Made by a program: the position numbers and the translations under genes. This document shows, piece by piece, positions 58,579 through 64,000 of a DNA stretch of 64,000 bases. This DNA is from Desulfovibrionaceae bacterium (GTDB taxonomy: Bacteria; Desulfobacterota; Desulfovibrionia; Desulfovibrionales; Desulfovibrionaceae): assembly GCA_036541255.1 (NCBI GenBank), contig JAZHDD010000059.1, positions 79,196 through 143,195 on the forward strand. The letters run 5' to 3'. Below the pieces are notes generated by a model. It was not told the DNA's origin and ran no database searches. It was given only the letters and a program-made list of their open reading frames with translations. The number at the start of each line of letters is the position of its first letter. Position 1 is the stretch's first letter.

Positions 58579-60912
58579 ATGAAAGAATATTGGCAGATCC
58601 TGCTTCCTTCGCCGCCGTATTCCGTATTGACGTACGAGCGGCCTGACTGGTTTCCGGCTCTTGAGCCGGGTTGCCGCGTCCTTGTGCCCATGCGCCGTTC
58701 TTTGCGTGTGGGCGTTCTTATGCAGATGTGTCCCAAACCGGAATTTGCGACCAAGCCCTTGCTGTGGGCTTTGGACCGGACGCCTTTGCTCGATGCGGAC
58801 TACATGGACCTTGTCCAGACCATGGCCAGCCGCCAGATGACTGAACCAGGCGCCATTCTTGGCCAACTCTTGCCTGCGGGGCTGCGTGTTTCGGATTTGA
58901 CGTTCACCCTGGACAGAGGCCCGTTTCCTTCCCGGCTCAGCCCGCGGGAGCTTTCCCGTCTTTCCGATAAGGACAAGGGCACACTGCTCGAGTTGTGGCG
59001 CGACGGGGCCATGCGGGTTCTGCTGAACCCGGGACGCGAGTCCGATGAAACCATTGTCCGTCTGCTCGCTGATCCGCCATGGCCGGTGCGACCCAATGCG
59101 CAACTTCAAATGGGCGTATTGGAATACCTTTTGGAAAACGGGCCAGCAACGCGCCGTCGTCTTTCTGAAGCAGTGGGGCCCAATCTTGGTCCTGTATTGC
59201 GGCGTCTGGCAGAGGCTGGACTTGTTTGTGTCGAGCGTTCAGGCGAGAGTCTGGCAGACCTGGATAATATCGTGTGCGAACCGCATGGAGACTATCTGGT
59301 CTCTTCGCCGGAACAGGAAGCGGCGTTGGAATCGCTTTTGCGCGCTCAGGCTTCAGCTCAGCCGGAAACGGCGTTGCTGCATGGGGTGACGGGCAGCGGC
59401 AAGACGCATGTCTACCTGGAGCTGGCAGCCGCCTGCCTGGACTCGGGGAAGCCTGCGTTGCTTCTTGCTCCGGAAGTGGCCTTGGCCTGCGGGCTCTTTA
59501 AGGCCGTGCAAAAGCGTTTTCCGCAACAACGTTGTTTGTTTTACCATGGCTACCAGACGCCAAGCCAACGTCGCGATACCTTTCTTGCCTTGGCTGAGCA
59601 AGGCCCGGTCCTGGTGGTCGGAACCCGTTCGGCCTTGTTCCTGCCGCTCCGTCGTCCCGGTTTGATCGTGATTGACGAAGAGCATGATGAAAGTTTCAAG
59701 CAGGAAGAACGGTTGGCCTATCAGGCCAAGGAAATCGCCTGGTATCGGGTGCAGCAGTCCGGCGGCCTGCTTGTGCTTGGTTCCGCGACTCCCGACGTCA
59801 AAACGTTTCAGGCCGCTCGGCTTGGATCGTTCCCCGTGCATTCCCTGACCAAACGCGTGGGGGGGGGCACTGTGCCGGATATCCAGTTGGTGGACATCGC
59901 CGGCTTCAAGGATCCGGATAATCCTTTGGCGGCGTCCACGTTGCAGGCCTTGTCCGAAACCGTTGAGCAGGGCGGCCAGGCCATTGTGATGCTCAACCGG
60001 CGCGGCTATGCCCCGCTCATGTACTGCCTGGATTGCGGAGACGTGGTGCGCTGTCCCAATTGTCATGTTTCCATGACATATCACAAGAACAGGGAGCGTC
60101 TGGTCTGTCATTATTGCGGTTTGTCCCACCCCTATCCGCTGCTCTGTTCCGGCTGCGGCGGCGGAAATCACCTGCCCATGGGCGAGGGCACGGAACGCAT
60201 GGAAGAGGTTTTGGTCAAGGCATTGCCCGAGGGAACAGGTATTTTGCGCATGGACCGGGACACCACGCGGCGACCTGAACGGCTGGAGCAGATACTCGAC
60301 GATTTTTCCAAGGAACGCGCGCAGGTTTTGGTGGGGACGCAAATGCTTTCCAAAGGCCATCATTTCCCCAATGTGACTCTTGTAGTGGTGGCGGATGGCG
60401 ATTTGGGGCTCAATCTGCCCGATTATCGTTCTGCTGAACGGACGTATCAGCTTTTGCTGCAAGTGGCTGGACGGGCAGGGCGCGGCGTGAAATCCGGCAA
60501 AGTTCTGGTGCAGACCAGGAATCCCGGACATCCATTTTGGTCCCACGTGTTGCAGTCGGATTACGTTTCCTTTTTCGAGCAGGAGATCGCCAAGCGGGAG
60601 AATTTTCGTTATCCACCATTTGTACGCCTGGGGTTGATTCGACTCAGCGTCCCTATGGACGACACTGCCGGAGGTTTGCCCAAAGACGCGGCAGCGGCGT
60701 TGCAGCGTGCGGCGCAGGGACTGGATGTGACCGTGCTTGGTCCGGCTCCGGCCCCTCTGGCCATGTTGCGTGGCCGTCAACGTTTCAATTGCCTGATCAA
60801 GGCTGCGGATTGGCGCGACGTGCGCATGGTTTTCAAGCGGATGTCGGCATGGAATCCCGAACCGGAGCGCATTCGTTTGCGTCTTGATCTGGACCCTGTG
60901 AATATGCTTTGA
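58579..60912 (+). CDS. priA: Primosomal protein N'
   Basis: GVTGSGKT, DEEH, SATP, NRRGY, four CxxC motifs, QVAGRAGR, DLDP. Confidence 0.96.
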   Translation: MKEYWQILLPSPPYSVLTYERPDWFPALEPGCRVLVPMRRSLRVGVLMQMCPKPEFATKPLLWALDRTPLLDADYMDLVQTMASRQMTEPGAILGQLLPAGLRVSDLTFTLDRGPFPSRLSPRELSRLSDKDKGTLLELWRDGAMRVLLNPGRESDETIVRLLADPPWPVRPNAQLQMGVLEYLLENGPATRRRLSEAVGPNLGPVLRRLAEAGLVCVERSGESLADLDNIVCEPHGDYLVSSPEQEAALESLLRAQASAQPETALLHGVTGSGKTHVYLELAAACLDSGKPALLLAPEVALACGLFKAVQKRFPQQRCLFYHGYQTPSQRRDTFLALAEQGPVLVVGTRSALFLPLRRPGLIVIDEEHDESFKQEERLAYQAKEIAWYRVQQSGGLLVLGSATPDVKTFQAARLGSFPVHSLTKRVGGGTVPDIQLVDIAGFKDPDNPLAASTLQALSETVEQGGQAIVMLNRRGYAPLMYCLDCGDVVRCPNCHVSMTYHKNRERLVCHYCGLSHPYPLLCSGCGGGNHLPMGEGTERMEEVLVKALPEGTGILRMDRDTTRRPERLEQILDDFSKERAQVLVGTQMLSKGHHFPNVTLVVVADGDLGLNLPDYRSAERTYQLLLQVAGRAGRGVKSGKVLVQTRNPGHPFWSHVLQSDYVSFFEQEIAKRENFRYPPFVRLGLIRLSVPMDDTAGGLPKDAAAALQRAAQGLDVTVLGPAPAPLAMLRGRQRFNCLIKAADWRDVRMVFKRMSAWNPEPERIRLRLDLDPVNML

Positions 60913-60939
60913 TCCGTCGAGTCTGGACAGAGAAGGCAA

Positions 60940-61497
60940 ATGAATAGACATCTTGGAGTGCTGATGAAGAATTCTGGTTGCGTTTCGCCTGCGGGCGGGG
61001 GGCGAATATGTGCCCTTTTGATTTGTTTGCTGTTCCTTGGAATGGGGACAGCCTGGGCGCAGCAAAAAGTCGGCTTCGTCAATCCGCAACGGCTCATCGA
61101 TGAATCCCGTATCGGCAAATCCGCCCAGGAGGACCTTGCCAAGTTGGGCAAGGAAAAGGATCGTCAGATTCGGGACAGCGCCAAGCGAATCAACGAACTC
61201 AAAGCGCGCCTGGGTGATTCCACTCTTTCCGACGCCGAAATGAAGACGCTGGAAAGCAAGCTGGAGGCGTATTACGAACAGCATGACCGACTCATCAAGA
61301 TGAGCAATGAGGATATTCAGATCGAGGAGGCTCGCCTCATCCAGTTCATCATGAAACGCGCCGACGGCAGCCTCAAGGCCATTGCCAAGGAACACGGGTT
61401 TTCCATGGTGCTGACCGATCCGGATATCGTTGGTTATATTGATGCCTCCGCCGACATAACCGATCTGGTCATTCAGGATTTGAACAAACGTTTTTGA
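60940..61497 (+). CDS. OmpH/Skp periplasmic chaperone
   Basis: Signal peptide, KVGFVN, coiled coil, DITD.VI. Confidence 0.88.
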   Translation: MNRHLGVLMKNSGCVSPAGGGRICALLICLLFLGMGTAWAQQKVGFVNPQRLIDESRIGKSAQEDLAKLGKEKDRQIRDSAKRINELKARLGDSTLSDAEMKTLESKLEAYYEQHDRLIKMSNEDIQIEEARLIQFIMKRADGSLKAIAKEHGFSMVLTDPDIVGYIDASADITDLVIQDLNKRF

Positions 61498-61499
61498 TC

Positions 61500-63059
61500 A
61501 TGATGATGCAAAAGAGAATTTTATTTTTGACGATGTTGTTTTGCTGTGTCGCTGTGTCGTGCCTTGCTGCTGATTGGGGCAAGCTGGTTACGCCGATACG
61601 TCCTCTGAACATGCGAGAAGCCCCCAGCCTCAAGGCCAAGGTTCTTGATACGTTGCGTCCGGGCGAACAGGTGCGCGCGGATTTCTTGCGAGATGGCTGG
61701 TTCGCGCTTTTTCCCGTGGACGCCACGATGCGGGACGAGAAAAGAGCCATGGGGTACGCCAAAGCGGCCTATCTCAAGCCTGTGGGCGCATGGGGCGAGT
61801 TCCGCGTGCCCAAGGGGGGCATGCTCAACATCCGTCAGGGACGCACTCCCAGTTCCGAGCATGTCCGTACCCTGCACCAGGGCGATGTGGTCAAGGTAGA
61901 CTTTCTCAAGGACAATTGGGTGGCCGTCTTTGAACCGAGCGAGACGGTACGCTCCGAATCAAGGGCTATTGGGTATTCCAACGTCAATTACCTTGTGCCC
62001 GCCAGCAAAAAGCAGATCGACGAGGCGCTTGCAGCCACTCGGGCCAGAAGCGAGCCGCAGGTTGCATCTTCAAAGACCGCAGTCGCCGAACCGGAACCGG
62101 CCCTGCTTCCCGATTCCGGAATGCCCGAACCCAAAGCGGAAGCCGAGGTCGTGTCCAGTCCGTCGCACTGGGGTCGTCTGGTTTCGTTGACACGGGCTGT
62201 GCAGGTGCATGCGGGACGTACGTCGGATTCAAAGGTCGTTGCGACGTTGCAGCCTGGTCAGGCTGTACGCGTGGATTTCGCGGTCAAGGGCTGGGTGGCC
62301 GTGTTCAAGCCCGGTGCCATGTCGCGTAATGAAGCCGAAGCCTTGGGATATGTCTACGAACAGATGCTCGAAGCGGACTTGGCCCCGCTCCCGGAAGCAT
62401 CGGCCCTGAATCCGGAACGAGCGGAGCGTGTCGAGGAGAAAACCGCAGAAACGCAGGCCAAGCCTGGCCCCAAGCCTGTTGATGGCCTGCCGTTGTATCA
62501 GGCGCGCGTCAAAGTGGCGGAAGTTCCATCTTCGGCCGTTGACTCTGCTGAATCACATGAAGTCAAGGAAAGCGCAGTGGCTTCGGAGGTTCGGCAACAG
62601 GCTGCAGAAAAAGCGGACATTGGCGAGACTCGTGGAAGCGCGAGCCAAATGCAGCCGGTTGAAACGGCAGCGCAGACTCGGCCGTTTCGCCGTCTCGGAG
62701 ACATTCCGCCCGCCGATGAACCTCACAAGGGACCAGTCCCCGTAGCCGACCAGGAGCGCCATGGCTTCCGCTATGCCGTGCTGGATCGACTGGAAACGCG
62801 GAGCGGGCGCATTCCCCGGGTGTTGATTCGCATCTATCTGGATGTGAATGTGATTCCTAAAGATGAGGCGCTCAGCGATTTTTGTGCTACGATCTGGAAG
62901 GAAGAATGGCGCCAGGGCTCTGAGCTCGAAGTGGACGTTTTTCTGCCCGGCATGGATCTCAAGGATCTTTCCTATGTCGAGGCCTTGTATGACGGCAGAG
63001 GACTCAAGCAGTTCTGGACGCGTGAGGCCACCCTCTACGGGACACGTTTCAAGAGATAG
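61500..63059 (+). CDS. Secreted protein with three bacterial SH3 domains
   Basis: Signal peptide; three WG..LN.R..L.PG..V..DF...W repeats with Pro/Glu-rich linkers. Confidence 0.85.
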   Translation: MMMQKRILFLTMLFCCVAVSCLAADWGKLVTPIRPLNMREAPSLKAKVLDTLRPGEQVRADFLRDGWFALFPVDATMRDEKRAMGYAKAAYLKPVGAWGEFRVPKGGMLNIRQGRTPSSEHVRTLHQGDVVKVDFLKDNWVAVFEPSETVRSESRAIGYSNVNYLVPASKKQIDEALAATRARSEPQVASSKTAVAEPEPALLPDSGMPEPKAEAEVVSSPSHWGRLVSLTRAVQVHAGRTSDSKVVATLQPGQAVRVDFAVKGWVAVFKPGAMSRNEAEALGYVYEQMLEADLAPLPEASALNPERAERVEEKTAETQAKPGPKPVDGLPLYQARVKVAEVPSSAVDSAESHEVKESAVASEVRQQAAEKADIGETRGSASQMQPVETAAQTRPFRRLGDIPPADEPHKGPVPVADQERHGFRYAVLDRLETRSGRIPRVLIRIYLDVNVIPKDEALSDFCATIWKEEWRQGSELEVDVFLPGMDLKDLSYVEALYDGRGLKQFWTREATLYGTRFKR

Positions 63060-63123
63060 AGCCGCTGAACAGGGAGACCGGGCGCACTGAACGTCCGTAA
63101 CGCAGCATTCAAGGGGGTACTTC

Positions 63124-63450
63124 ATGCAGGAACCGGCAGAAAAGGCCACGGAACTCTTCCGGCTGATGAACAAGAACAGGCGCGACGTTTTCAAGGCGTA
63201 CAGCGACTTTACCGCCACCATCAAAAAGGGCAGCTCCATCGAAAGCAAGTATCAGAGCCTGATCCTCATTGCCTGCTCCATCCTGTCGCAGTGCGATATG
63301 TGCATTTCGCTACATGTCCAGAACGCCGCGTCCCATGGGGCGACGCGGGACGAGATCATTGATGCGGGACTGCTGGCCGTGGCCATGGGGGGGTCGCCCA
63401 AGATGATGTATATGCGCTATGTCTACGAAGAAGCGGACAAGCTGTTTTAG
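63124..63450 (+). CDS. Carboxymuconolactone decarboxylase/AhpD family protein
   Basis: QCDMCI..H, GAT..EI, MGGSP. Confidence 0.88.
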   Translation: MQEPAEKATELFRLMNKNRRDVFKAYSDFTATIKKGSSIESKYQSLILIACSILSQCDMCISLHVQNAASHGATRDEIIDAGLLAVAMGGSPKMMYMRYVYEEADKLF

Positions 63451-63488
63451 TTGAGCATCCTGTCCCTGCTTCGGCAGGGACTTTTCTT

Positions 63489-64000
63489 TCATAGACGTTC
63501 CAGCAGCCAGTAGGGTTTGCCTTCGCGATGGCTGATCCGTTCCTGTTGGATCAGGGCCTGGCTCACGGCGTTGCAGGCGGCGGCAAGGTCTCTCTTTTGG
63601 CCAGCGGTCATTTCAAGCAGCCGGACTTGTTCCTTAAGTATCTTGTCCAGCACCACTTGCCCTGCCTGCACGCCAGGAAAGGCTTGCCAGTGGCGGAGGG
63701 CCTGTTCCTGCCTGCCCAGCATGGCGTGCGCCAGCCCTGCCCAGACCATGGCGGGCAGCAGCATGCGGTCCGATTCCACGGCGCGTTCCAACAGTGTCGC
63801 GGCGGTTTCGGGGTCGCCCTCGCGTAGCAGGGCTACTCCGGCAGCGACCAGACGCGCAGGGAAGATGGGTTTGCCTTCGGCTTGCGTAAGCATGGCCCGA
63901 AAGGCCTGGGCTGCCAGGGTGTTGTATTCGGCTGCCTGCGCCATGTCATTGTTCAGGAGTGCCCTGTGCGCACGTTCGAGATTGCGTTTGCCGATTTGGA
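63489..64000 (-). CDS. TPR-like helical protein, frame open to the window edge (5' end possibly outside)
   Basis: AGVAL..G....A and AGLAHA.LG....A TPR patterns; no stop upstream of 63944 in this frame. Confidence 0.6.
   Translation of the reverse strand, partial: QIGKRNLERAHRALLNNDMAQAAEYNTLAAQAFRAMLTQAEGKPIFPARLVAAGVALLREGDPETAATLLERAVESDRMLLPAMVWAGLAHAMLGRQEQALRHWQAFPGVQAGQVVLDKILKEQVRLLEMTAGQKRDLAAACNAVSQALIQQERISHREGKPYWLLERL

Noticed and set aside
1-64000. CRISPR arrays, IS elements, prophage or defence systems
   Set aside because: No regularly spaced repeats, transposase, integrase, phage structural or cas-like ORFs were seen.

Overview
Mostly core chromosome of a GC-rich deltaproteobacterial anaerobe, very probably a Desulfovibrionaceae sulfate reducer. 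That assignment is inferred from the Desulfovibrio-type homotrimeric porin, rpsF-rpsR-rplI-dnaB without ssb, the ftsH-folP-cdaA-cdaR-glmM-galU-priA order and argF-argG-argH. The window holds about 57 CDSs, the SRP RNA, tRNA-Arg(CCG) and tRNA-Sec (selC). I saw no transposase, integrase, prophage or CRISPR array. The main finding is absent from the ORF track: a 70-codon minus-strand frame (15354-15142) coupled to purC. It encodes a single-pass membrane micro-protein with an in-frame UGA in a U-x5-C motif, followed at canonical spacing by a bacterial SECIS-like hairpin, and tRNA-Sec is encoded in the same window. It is therefore a candidate unannotated selenoprotein. Other leads include a terminator-containing leader before an RRM-infA-DEAD-box operon, a large NAD-GDH paired with an HPPD-like metalloenzyme, an MshEN-like membrane protein pair, a rhodanese/ferritin/MauE cluster and a low-GC patch after tRNA-Arg. 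Product calls rest on motif recognition by eye; no database searches were run, and several start codons were moved to RBS-supported positions.
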